Positions 11,169-20,681 of a stretch of 64,000 bases of DNA are shown in pieces. The notes beneath the pieces were generated by a model. It was not told the origin of the DNA and made no database searches. It saw nothing but the letters and a program-made list of their open reading frames with translations. Made by a program: the position numbers and the translations under genes. This stretch comes from Strigamia acuminata. Taxonomy: Eukaryota. The stretch lies in the NCBI GenBank assembly GCA_949358305.1, contig OX442314.1, positions 3,906,001 to 3,970,000 of the forward strand, in the 5' to 3' direction. Position 1 is the stretch's first letter. Each line of letters starts with the position of its first letter.

Positions 11169-14015
11169 ATGACAAAAACTACCGCAGAAGATAGAAAAAG
11201 GCGTAACGACGAAAAGGATAGAAAAGAAGCCGAAGAAATCGAACGCCAAAAAGCGGAAGAAGCGAACCACGTGGAACCAGAAGTCGAGACTAACTCGACT
11301 AAAGTTTCAACGGAATCATCAAGTGAAAGCCTTCCCCTTGCAAGACAACTTCCGTTTACGGGAGGCGAATTCGAAGGATCAGGAAGCTCTCACGAAGAAA
11401 ACGGACTAAATAAATCGTTCGAAAACCCTCGATTCGGATTGAAAAGCCCAAGACCTGTCGAAAAGGATCCCAGTGAAATGGATCTAATGACTCTTCTAAA
11501 TAAAGCGGCAAACACAAGTGCCGCAATGATCAACGAGGCTGCCCGCGCAGACCAAGCAAGAACAGTCGCGTTAGAGAAGAAGAAAAACGAATTGATGGAA
11601 GATTTAGCCAGAGAGCATCGCGAGAAATTAGCTGCCATGGAACAGAGCTTGGCACAAGAACACCAAGCTAAACAAATGGCACTGGAGCGCGAGCTGGCTC
11701 GAGAATTGCTCGCGAAGCAGAAAATAATCGAACGAGAAATGGCAAAGGACTGCCAGATCCGGCCGCCAAGCAACGGGTTAAGCCAGCATTCGGAGCCAAA
11801 CTCCGTACAGAGCTCCCCAGAACGGTCTCACACAGCTAAGGAGCTGGTAGCCAAAGCAATAGAAGTAACTCGGGTAGCTTGCGCACACGGCATCGAGATC
11901 GACCAGGACAAGGATCCCTACGCAGAGCTAAGCCGAGTAATCGACCTAGTAAATCAGAGGACTGAAAAACGATCGGCAGATAACACGGCCAGACGCGGAG
12001 AGAAACGACGTCGGGTCGGAGCAGATCGACAACAGTCCGAGACAGGCGGCGAAGCAACGTCAGACAGCGAAAGTATCGACTCTCAAGCATCTCACGGCAG
12101 TATCCGAGTCAACGGACTAGATAGCATCTTGAACGAATCGGACGAAGTCAAAGGAGAACTGTACGAGGCGTTTATACAAGATAGGAGGAATAATCAGGGC
12201 GCGCAATCATGGGCAATAAAAAACTCATTCGCAATGAAAACTGGCCAAACCAGTAATAACAACCCAGGCGACCCTAACGCAGAACTAATCAGATGTATAA
12301 ATCAGAAGAATCAAATACGCAACGAAGTAGGTCAAAATAAACTGGCCATGCCGACGCTCGAGGAGATTAACGCAGTTAAAAATCACCTCGAAAAGAAACA
12401 CGCCGCCGAAGCGTATGCTGGGAGAGATTCCTACGTTTTTATCAAAAAAACGAACGAAGGCCTCACGGGGACCCGACTGGACGATCTGATACCGCCCGGA
12501 ACAAAGTTGAGCCAAACCTCCGCTCCAGAGAAAGCGAACCCAGATAACTCAACCATAGCGCAAGACCTCACGAATAACCCGAACACCGCGGGATCATCAG
12601 GGAAAACGTCGTTCCAACACAATCAGTTCGGACTGACGGGCAACGGTACGCATTACCCAAGCCTCCCTTCCGACAATCCACGATCATCACCGCTGCTTAG
12701 TGAGACTGACTCGCTAAGCAACCAACTACGGACGATGAGAGACGAACTCCTTCAGGCCATGGACCAAAAGCTTCAACAAAGCCGTGGCCAAGAGACCGAG
12801 GAGGACGATCGAAGCGAAGGATTGTTGAAACGTTACTCCGCAGACCGATGGCTGTATTCTCGCAAGGATAACAACATCAAGTGGACGACCCTGAGACTAA
12901 TTAAGTTCGACGGATCCTGGAACGCCGGCAACTTGTTTTTGGACGAAGTCGCCCTGACGATTAATCGCTTAGGAGCGGAACCCGACGAAATGGTTGCACG
13001 CGGAATACCAGAAATGCTGATCAACCGGGCCCGAAACTGGTACGCTGATGTCCAACCCCGAAACTGGGAAGATTTCGTCATAAAGTTCCACAATCAATAT
13101 GGCGAGACGAGCCAAGAAATCCAGAAAAGAGTAAGCTCTATGAAGCAAGCTCCCGGGGAAACTCTGAGGGAATACGTACAACGAGCCGACAGCCTGTTTC
13201 GTGAAATGGACAAACCATTTGACCAACACGCTCAGAAAGCTCTCTTCGAACAAGGACTAAACGAAACCGCAACCAAAGTCCTACGAGAAATGAACGCTCC
13301 TAAGGGGGATAATTTCAAAGCCATCCTAGCTTTCGTCGAGAAGAAACACACCGAAGTAAATGCTCGGTATAACGAAAATCTGACAAAAGAAGAGCGAGCT
13401 CTAGGAGTGGCCCGACAGCAACGAATACAGGAGCGCAGCATAGACTCCACTAAGCTGCTCCAATCGCGAAATTATCTAAACGGAAGTATAGAGCCACTCC
13501 CCTCAAAGAAAAACCAACAAGCTTCTAACCCTTTACCACCTCCGAGTAAGGCCTATCGCACGCAAACTAACGCCGCCGAGGAAAAGTCGGAAGACGAAGT
13601 AAGCGAAGACTCTGAGCAATTCTCGGAAAGCGATGAGGCTGACGAAGGTATCAACGATGTGGTACACGCAAACATGGGGAAGGAACTGGCGCCCAGCTAC
13701 CGACCTCAGATGAAGTCCAGAAAATCGGAACACCACAACCCGAAAACAGAGGCGACTTCCGAGAAGAAGGACTACCCCAAAAAACCTTTTGAGCGGGAGG
13801 GAAAGAAGAAAAGCCCTTGTAATTTCTGTAACGAAGACGGCCACTGGCGTCAGGCCTGCCCAAAACTGGCAAAGAAAAAAGCCGACGACAAGGCCGCAGA
13901 GCGTGAGGAGCTAGTGAAATTGCTCGCGAAGGAACAAGACAAAATCTTGAAGGAACTCACCGCCAAACTCGACAGTATGACAAAAAACTGGAACTCGCGG
14001 GCGGAACAAAAGTGA
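11169..14015 (+). CDS. gag: Gag-like protein, 948 aa
   Basis: Long coiled-coil/disordered N-terminus; retrotransposon capsid motifs (ARNWY...WEDFVIKF...QAPGETLREYVQR); knuckle CNFCNEDGHWRQAC. Confidence 0.9.
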   Translation: MTKTTAEDRKRRNDEKDRKEAEEIERQKAEEANHVEPEVETNSTKVSTESSSESLPLARQLPFTGGEFEGSGSSHEENGLNKSFENPRFGLKSPRPVEKDPSEMDLMTLLNKAANTSAAMINEAARADQARTVALEKKKNELMEDLAREHREKLAAMEQSLAQEHQAKQMALERELARELLAKQKIIEREMAKDCQIRPPSNGLSQHSEPNSVQSSPERSHTAKELVAKAIEVTRVACAHGIEIDQDKDPYAELSRVIDLVNQRTEKRSADNTARRGEKRRRVGADRQQSETGGEATSDSESIDSQASHGSIRVNGLDSILNESDEVKGELYEAFIQDRRNNQGAQSWAIKNSFAMKTGQTSNNNPGDPNAELIRCINQKNQIRNEVGQNKLAMPTLEEINAVKNHLEKKHAAEAYAGRDSYVFIKKTNEGLTGTRLDDLIPPGTKLSQTSAPEKANPDNSTIAQDLTNNPNTAGSSGKTSFQHNQFGLTGNGTHYPSLPSDNPRSSPLLSETDSLSNQLRTMRDELLQAMDQKLQQSRGQETEEDDRSEGLLKRYSADRWLYSRKDNNIKWTTLRLIKFDGSWNAGNLFLDEVALTINRLGAEPDEMVARGIPEMLINRARNWYADVQPRNWEDFVIKFHNQYGETSQEIQKRVSSMKQAPGETLREYVQRADSLFREMDKPFDQHAQKALFEQGLNETATKVLREMNAPKGDNFKAILAFVEKKHTEVNARYNENLTKEERALGVARQQRIQERSIDSTKLLQSRNYLNGSIEPLPSKKNQQASNPLPPPSKAYRTQTNAAEEKSEDEVSEDSEQFSESDEADEGINDVVHANMGKELAPSYRPQMKSRKSEHHNPKTEATSEKKDYPKKPFEREGKKKSPCNFCNEDGHWRQACPKLAKKKADDKAAEREELVKLLAKEQDKILKELTAKLDSMTKNWNSRAEQK

Positions 14016-14374
14016 TTCCACATCCGCTCGCGATAACTTCGAAAACGATGGACCTTACTCTGGTGGAAAAACAAATTAAAGAAATGGAAAAATTGTTGGA
14101 ATTCTTCGAGGAAGCTGCCAACGAGGAAGTCACAACTCCAATCAAAAATACGAAATAAGTTCGTGGACTGACCACAAACGAAAAAATAATTTAACTTTAA
14201 GTGACAAATTATCAAAATTAATCAAATACCGAAAGAAAAATTAACTTCAAAACACGTGGTCGAAAAGCACATGGCCGACCATGACGCCATCTTGTGTTAG
14301 ACGAAAGAATCTCTACAAAAATATGACAAATTAATCAACGATCCTAATATATTTATTAATATTCTAATATTTAG

Positions 14375-17065
14375 GACGGATATCGCACTACGTGGGGGCA
14401 AATCGACCCGAAAAGAGTTTCCGCAGGCAGCTTATGGCGCGAAGTAATCCCCATACTGTTCCGACAAGCGCTCGAAGAAGCGGTCGACTTTGAACCATGG
14501 AAAATTCGCCTTTTATTGTCCCGTGCGATCAGCCGCTACTGGTCCAGCCAGCAAACGTTGATCCACTACATGCCGCGCCAATATCAAGCAGCTTTACGGG
14601 CAGTTATCTCGAGAAATATGGACCCGCCAGCGCCAATCCCGAATCCACTAATCCGAGCCGCCTTTCCTGACGACCAGCGAGGATGGGACGTTTACGAACA
14701 ATGGCGCGACGCCGAAACAGATGAAGAAAAACACCAGATCCATATGGCATATTACGAAGAAGTAAGGCGGACCGCACATGACGAGGTTTTCAATTATCTA
14801 CAGCCGGACGGTTACTCGACCGAGGAAATCAGGTTTTGGCTCCTTCAGATCCGCGAAGACCGGCCCGACCGCCCAGATTGGAGACCGAGACACGGTTTCA
14901 TCACCTCGCAACGAGCAATGCATCAATTGCATTTTTTGGGCTTCTTTGGTCGCAAACGCCAGAAAGCCGAGAAACGTCTCTCCAACGAGCACGACGAAGC
15001 AGGCTGCTCAGCGAAGAAACAATGCCTGGACAAGCCAAGCACTTCCAGCAGCGCGCAGAATAAGAAACCCGCGACAGAGAAACGCCTGGCCAAACCAAGC
15101 GCTCTCTCTCGCCTGGGAAAGACGGAGGCCCCACAAACATCGCGATTTCAATCCAGGGACGCCCCGTCAACCAGCCGAAGAAGAGAAAATGTGCGCGAAC
15201 GCCCCGACCGTCGAGAGGATCAACGCAGACGCGATAGGAACCAAGAAAATTGGGACGATTATCGTAGAAATTACTTCCGACGGCGGGAAGAAAACAAGGA
15301 ATCCTGGAATAGACATCGAGAGGAGTTCCTACGCGAACGTGATGAGAAAGCCCGACGTGAACGAGAGAACCTCCGGTTACAGGACGAACGAAGAAGGAGA
15401 GGATCGGAGAGTCGCGCACGTTCATGGAAAGCGTATCGCGAAGAGGAATTACGACAGCGAGATAGGAGACGCTGTGAAGTCATCAAATCGATTTGGGACA
15501 GTCCCGAACCGATGAAGATTGACGACGAAGTGATTATCGACGAGGTCCCCGAGCAGAAGAAGATGTATACTCAGGCGGATCTCCTCGCGGTGGTTATGAA
15601 ATACCAACAAATGCAGCCGAAACCAGTCTACCGCCCGACCCCCTCGACCGCCTCGAGTCTAGAGACGGCGCCAAGTGCTTTCATCAAGCCGGAACTCTCA
15701 CAGACGAGAAGCGTAACATCCAGCGTCAGCCTCCCAAGCGCCTTTCGCAAGAAAGTGATAATCGGCGCACCGACACTGAGTTCTGAAGAACAACTCAGAC
15801 ATCGAGAAGCTCGCTTTGGACCGACCAAAGTCGAACCTCTCCCAACTATCCCCGAAGCCTCAACTTCAACGAGAACTCCAATCGTTTGGGACAAGCCCGA
15901 ACCGGAAAAATCAAGACGTCTGGTCAGATCTGTGCCTCAGCCAACGACATCCACGGGACCCAATCCGATGTTGCCAGCCCCAGCAGTCATCCAAGCCTCG
16001 ACTCCAATCAACCCTTCGGAGGTAACGTTGCAACAGTTTCTGGAGGTAACGACCGTGGAGCAAGCTAGAGCGCTTTTGTGCGAGATGGACTCCTACCAAC
16101 AAAACGTGATCCAAAACGTCATCACGAACCTTCAGCGGATCTCAATTGAATATACGCAGAACAAAAATCGGGATCATCCAAATTGGAATACGAGGATCGT
16201 GGTTGCCATTACCGACTTGATGTCGATTTTGCTGGCCGCCGCCACCTTCCGAAACGCACGTGTTGCTGTAGCAGCCTGGATCGTGGTGGCCCACGAGGGT
16301 TTCCAAGTTCCGCCGGCTCTCGTAGACAGCTGGACACGTCTGGTGCCCTCTGCGGCAGTAATTCGAGCCCAAATGGTGGCCCAGGACCCGGATCCAGAGG
16401 CCTCCTACCAGAACGTTCGAGCGATAATTCAACGCTCGCTCCCGTCACCTTCGGCGGCCACGCCAACCGCAGAGGCTCCGGTTCCCAGGGATCCGACGCC
16501 TCCTCCTCCGCCTCCGCCGAGGGAGAAGGGACCCTCCGAGCCACTGGCCGAACCAGTCCCGCTCAAGAAGAAGGAACCCAAGAAAAAGATGCTCCTCCCA
16601 AAGTCGAGCAAGAAGGTTCCAAAGACGACAGAGCCTCAAATCGCCGCCAGACTCAGGATGTACTTCCCAGGGTTGTCCTTTACGAAGGACACGGAGGCAA
16701 AACTACTCCAGTCTCCAGATCGTGGCTATTCTCTTTACGTCTGGATGAAGGACGCTATCGAAGCCGGAGCCGGAGGCGAGCGCTTCATCCAACATCAACG
16801 ACTACTCCGAGCCCATCGCGCACCAACCAGCATCGCCGAGGCCCAAAGAATCCACCACACCAATCAAGGTATGTCGGCCTTCCTGCCACCAATTTGGGCC
16901 CACGAACGAACGGGAAATCCGCTGGAAGCGCCGGGACACCTACGTTTCTACTTGAATGAGAGCGAAGACCCCTCGGACTACTCTTCAAGACTGACCACAT
17001 CTCCCAACCTGGACGAACCAAGTTCGGAAGATAAGCCGAGTTATGCCGATAACTTGAAGAAATAA
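14375..17065 (+). CDS. Orphan ORF2 of the LTR element (~890 codons), probably expressed by splicing
   Basis: Frame is open from 14375 (DGYRTTWGQ...), immediately after ctaat-atttag, to TAA 17065; R/E/D-rich and Pro-rich tracts; no recognisable domain. Confidence 0.75.
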   Translation, partial: DGYRTTWGQIDPKRVSAGSLWREVIPILFRQALEEAVDFEPWKIRLLLSRAISRYWSSQQTLIHYMPRQYQAALRAVISRNMDPPAPIPNPLIRAAFPDDQRGWDVYEQWRDAETDEEKHQIHMAYYEEVRRTAHDEVFNYLQPDGYSTEEIRFWLLQIREDRPDRPDWRPRHGFITSQRAMHQLHFLGFFGRKRQKAEKRLSNEHDEAGCSAKKQCLDKPSTSSSAQNKKPATEKRLAKPSALSRLGKTEAPQTSRFQSRDAPSTSRRRENVRERPDRREDQRRRDRNQENWDDYRRNYFRRREENKESWNRHREEFLRERDEKARRERENLRLQDERRRRGSESRARSWKAYREEELRQRDRRRCEVIKSIWDSPEPMKIDDEVIIDEVPEQKKMYTQADLLAVVMKYQQMQPKPVYRPTPSTASSLETAPSAFIKPELSQTRSVTSSVSLPSAFRKKVIIGAPTLSSEEQLRHREARFGPTKVEPLPTIPEASTSTRTPIVWDKPEPEKSRRLVRSVPQPTTSTGPNPMLPAPAVIQASTPINPSEVTLQQFLEVTTVEQARALLCEMDSYQQNVIQNVITNLQRISIEYTQNKNRDHPNWNTRIVVAITDLMSILLAAATFRNARVAVAAWIVVAHEGFQVPPALVDSWTRLVPSAAVIRAQMVAQDPDPEASYQNVRAIIQRSLPSPSAATPTAEAPVPRDPTPPPPPPPREKGPSEPLAEPVPLKKKEPKKKMLLPKSSKKVPKTTEPQIAARLRMYFPGLSFTKDTEAKLLQSPDRGYSLYVWMKDAIEAGAGGERFIQHQRLLRAHRAPTSIAEAQRIHHTNQGMSAFLPPIWAHERTGNPLEAPGHLRFYLNESEDPSDYSSRLTTSPNLDEPSSEDKPSYADNLKK

Positions 17066-17264
17066 GTAATTAGAAATCGTGACGAGAAGACTGTCTTCTC
17101 CAAACTAGGAAATTATTATTATTTGTTTGCGTATCAATTATTTAAGAATGTAAAATATTTTATGCACCATTCATCATCATTTAAATAAAAAGATTATTTT
17201 ATGATTAGATATTGTTCCTCCTTTTATTTAAGGGACCCCGATGATTTATTCTCGGGGAGGGACG

Positions 17265-17895
17265 TGTGGTGATTCGGCATCACCTGAAGAAGTAATTAGC
17301 GGTGATTATTGTGTTACTAATACTCGCCACTAGAGCGCGCTAGAAATACCGACTAGACTGACTAGTCTCGTGTTTCTGCGAACCTGCATAATCGGAAGGA
17401 TTTGCATATGACGTCATTTCCGGTTAGTATATAACGCCGATACTTGACCGGAAACGACACTACAGTTACCACATTTCAGCAAGAGCACCATTTACCTCAC
17501 CTTTCAGGCCGTTTCACGGATTGATCGAGGACCGGTGCCCGCTGACCATCTCAACTGTACAACAGCCACATTTATTTAGCGTAGCCAATCTACGCTAGAA
17601 TAAATATTCGAACGATATTCGTTTAATTCGCACGAGAAAGCGAATTCTCGCGTGTTCATAATAACACGTGGAAATACCCTAGACAACAAACATAGACCAC
17701 GCGTAGGACTAAACAATTGGATCCGCCATTGTTTAGCGGCAACTCGTATTCGCAGCCGAATCCGAGGACCAACACAGGAAACATCTTGACTTATATTTGT
17801 ATTAGTAAGCGTGTTTTAATAAAGCAGTATTTGAAATATATTGTATTCCCGAGTGTATTATTTATTATCTTTAACCACAAAGTCGAATCACGACA
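17265..17895 (+). repeat. 3' LTR
   Basis: Preceded by PPT, followed by TSD AGAT. Confidence 0.95.
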
Positions 17896-19266
17896 AGATA
17901 TGAAAAAAAAATCACAAAGAATCGATTTCTTTGCAAAAAATGCCAAAAAATTAACCAAAACAAGTAAACACTTATCTGAAATCCTTACATATTGACCTAA
18001 CACCGATCAGGGCTGTTTGGACCAATCAAAATTGCCTAGAAAATAAAATAAAACCAAATTAACACAACAAAAATTAAAAAAAAAACTGAAAAAAACTGAA
18101 AAAACAAATTCCAAAAAATGTAGTTTACCTTCTAAGATGTCCTACCTGGCTAAGGTGCAGTTGGGGGTCGTCAACAGGCATTTGGGCGATCTGAAATAGC
18201 TAGAAAATAAATTTAAAAAATAAAAAACACATCAAAATCAATAAAAAAAATTGCCAAATTTGGGAAACTTTAATTTCCAATACAAACAACAAAGAACACA
18301 ACAAATTCCATCAAAAAACCACCAAAATCACGAAAAATTATTGCTTAAAACAACCAAACTCACCAGCGAGGCGAGAACGAAACCAACATGGCGGTGTAAA
18401 AGAACAAATGCTGGAGAAAATAAATAAAAACAACAAAAAACTCATCAAATTCCATCAAAAAACCATCGAAATCGTGAAAAATCATCGATCAAAACAACCA
18501 AACTCACCGTGTGAGATGTCCCGGGTTCCGCCCAGGCATTTGGACGGGCTGAAAGGCATAGAAAAGAAATTAAAACAACAAAACACACATCAAATTCCAT
18601 CCAAATCGTGAAAAACCACAGAAATCGTGAAAAATCATCCCCCAAAACAACCAAACTCACCAGCGAGGCGAGAACGAAACCAACATGGCGGCGGAGGACA
18701 ACAATTGCTGGAGGCGCCCCGCTATGCGGTGGCAATCTTGGGAAGGAGGTTAAGGGATGGAGGAGACGAAATCGAGCTTTCTGCACCAATCACAGCCGCC
18801 AACAGGCCCAAGCCCGCACCCTTTGCCGCTGAATCTAAAGATTTCTTGCACTAGCAAATGATTATTTCAATGCTCATTGGCCAGTTTCTCAAATCTCATT
18901 CATTCGGTTGGTTACTTATTTTTCCCTCCAAATAGTTTTCTCTTCATTGATTGGTCCTTAAAATTCAGTTTCTACTAACTGACACGAGGTGGCGAATAGA
19001 GGGCGCTGCTAGAGTAGAAGAGGCGGCAAATTTGAACGCGCGACAAAAACCATCTTTTAGAAAACCGCTCATCAGTTGCAGTGGTTGCATAAATAAATAA
19101 ATGAAATGATAATTGACGTTAATTCTCAATGTTTTTTTTTTATAAATCTCGACGAAATTTTCAATGTTTTTGATGAATCTCAAACGGTTTTTGTCAGATT
19201 TCTACAATTTTTAGTTCAATTTCTCCAAATTTTTCTCCAATTTCCCCAAATTTTTGTCAAACTTGC

Positions 19267-19520
19267 CCTAACCTAACGTGCCCTTAACCTAACGTAACCT
19301 AACCTAACGTGCCCTTAACCTAACCTAACCTAACGTGCCCTTAACTTAACGTAACGTAACCTAACCTAACCTAACCTACCGTAAACTAACCTAACCTAAC
19401 CTAACGTGCCCTTAACCTAACCTAACCTAACGTGCCCTTAACCTAACGTAACGTAACCTAACCTAACCTAACCTACCGTAAACTAACCTAACCTAACCTA
19501 ACGTGCCTTAACGTAACATA
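19267..19520. repeat. Degenerate (CCTAA)n array interspersed with cgtgccctta
   Basis: Visible pentamer runs; the reverse complement is TTAGG. Confidence 0.85.
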
Positions 19521-20681
19521 ACCTTACGTGGTCTTGCCTTAACGTAACGTGTCTGTGTCACAAAACGTATTTTTGATTGTAAGAATTTTAATTTTTCTAA
19601 CTTTGAACGAGATTTTAAAATGCAAGTTTTTCGAATTAATTGTTGACAATCTTTGAAGTTTTTTTCTCAAATTTTTTTCTTTTTTTCTTTCTTTATTTTA
19701 TTATTTTATTTAATTTGCACAAAAATTATTCCCTTTCTTTCTCTCCTCACAAGTCAACACAACAGCCGTCAGTTGAGTTGCCATGGCATTAATCCCCCCT
19801 TCCTTTTATTCCCCCTTCCTTTCCCAATTTGGCCCTTTCTCTCTTGCCTCGTCGGTGACCGCAGCAACTCCGGAAACGACATCTCAAATGCACTCAAATG
19901 AAATGAAATGAAAATTCCAGAAAACAAAAGATCAAACTTTATTCATTTATTCATTTATTCATTTATTGAATTTATTGCAAGTGGTCAGAATAAAAGTACG
20001 TAATATTGTTATCCTTGTGTTTCCAGAACAAAAGCGAAGTTTTCACTAATGAAATGTGTATTAGAGTCGGCAAATCCAAAACGGACTTGATGGCGTGCAA
20101 TTGAGCTGTAGTTCGGGTCTTTCAAACTGATTTATTAATATCACCTTTAGAAAAGAAAACATATAATGTAAAATCGTTTTCATGCAAAACGATTCAATTT
20201 TTAAAATATACTCAACGGTTAATTTTGAAAATCCCAAAGGCCTTAATCGCTGCCTTAATCGATTTTCGACATGTTCTCTCGCTACAATGCACACTTGTAA
20301 CAGATTTGTTGTTTAATTGTCAACATAAATTGTTACACTCAAAAACGGTTTGGTTGTTTTAACTAAATGTATTTGTAATCAATGTAAATTCAATATCATG
20401 TCTGTATGGACACTTATCATCCAAAAATTAAAGACAAAACCACAATCAAAATAATAAACAAGCTGTTCAAATATAAGTATCATTTTTAATGATCACGTCA
20501 TAAATAAATATCGTATAGCGGTAACAGTTTTATAAATGCTCTGATAAAACAATGATATTAAATAGAAATTTTAAAAATTATACACATTAATGTGCGTTTG
20601 TTCACATAATTAGTGATGACCAGACTCGACAAAAAAATCGAAAAATAAAATTCGAAAAAATAACATGAAATGAAATTTAAG

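Larger units (their letters stand above)
10446..17895 (+). mobile_element. Intact non-autonomous (pol-less) gypsy-like LTR retroelement, 7.45 kb
   Basis: Two 631-bp LTRs (TGT...ACA) identical by eye; 4-bp TSD AGAT (10442-10445, 17896-17899); PBS 11079-11096; PPT GGGGAGGGA from 17254; gag + ORF2; no PR/RT/RH/IN motifs. Confidence 0.95.
10314..18760 (-). other. Putative six-mini-exon leader (..18661; 18548-18508; 18410-18364; 18190-18129; 18035-17989; 10343-10314) upstream of the ABCA duplicate
   Basis: Donors GTGAGT x3, GTAAAC, GTAAGG, GTAAGT and T-rich acceptors ending CAG/TAG, all on the minus strand; GC-richer exons between T-rich introns. Confidence 0.55.

Noticed and set aside
14778..16959. 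Overlapping alternative-frame ORFs (245 aa, 258 aa) inside ORF2
   Set aside because: GC-rich shadow frames with no domain evidence.
14516..17065. ORF2 as env or pol
   Set aside because: No signal peptide, C-terminal TM, YxDD, DT/SG protease, RNase H or DDE/HHCC motifs visible.
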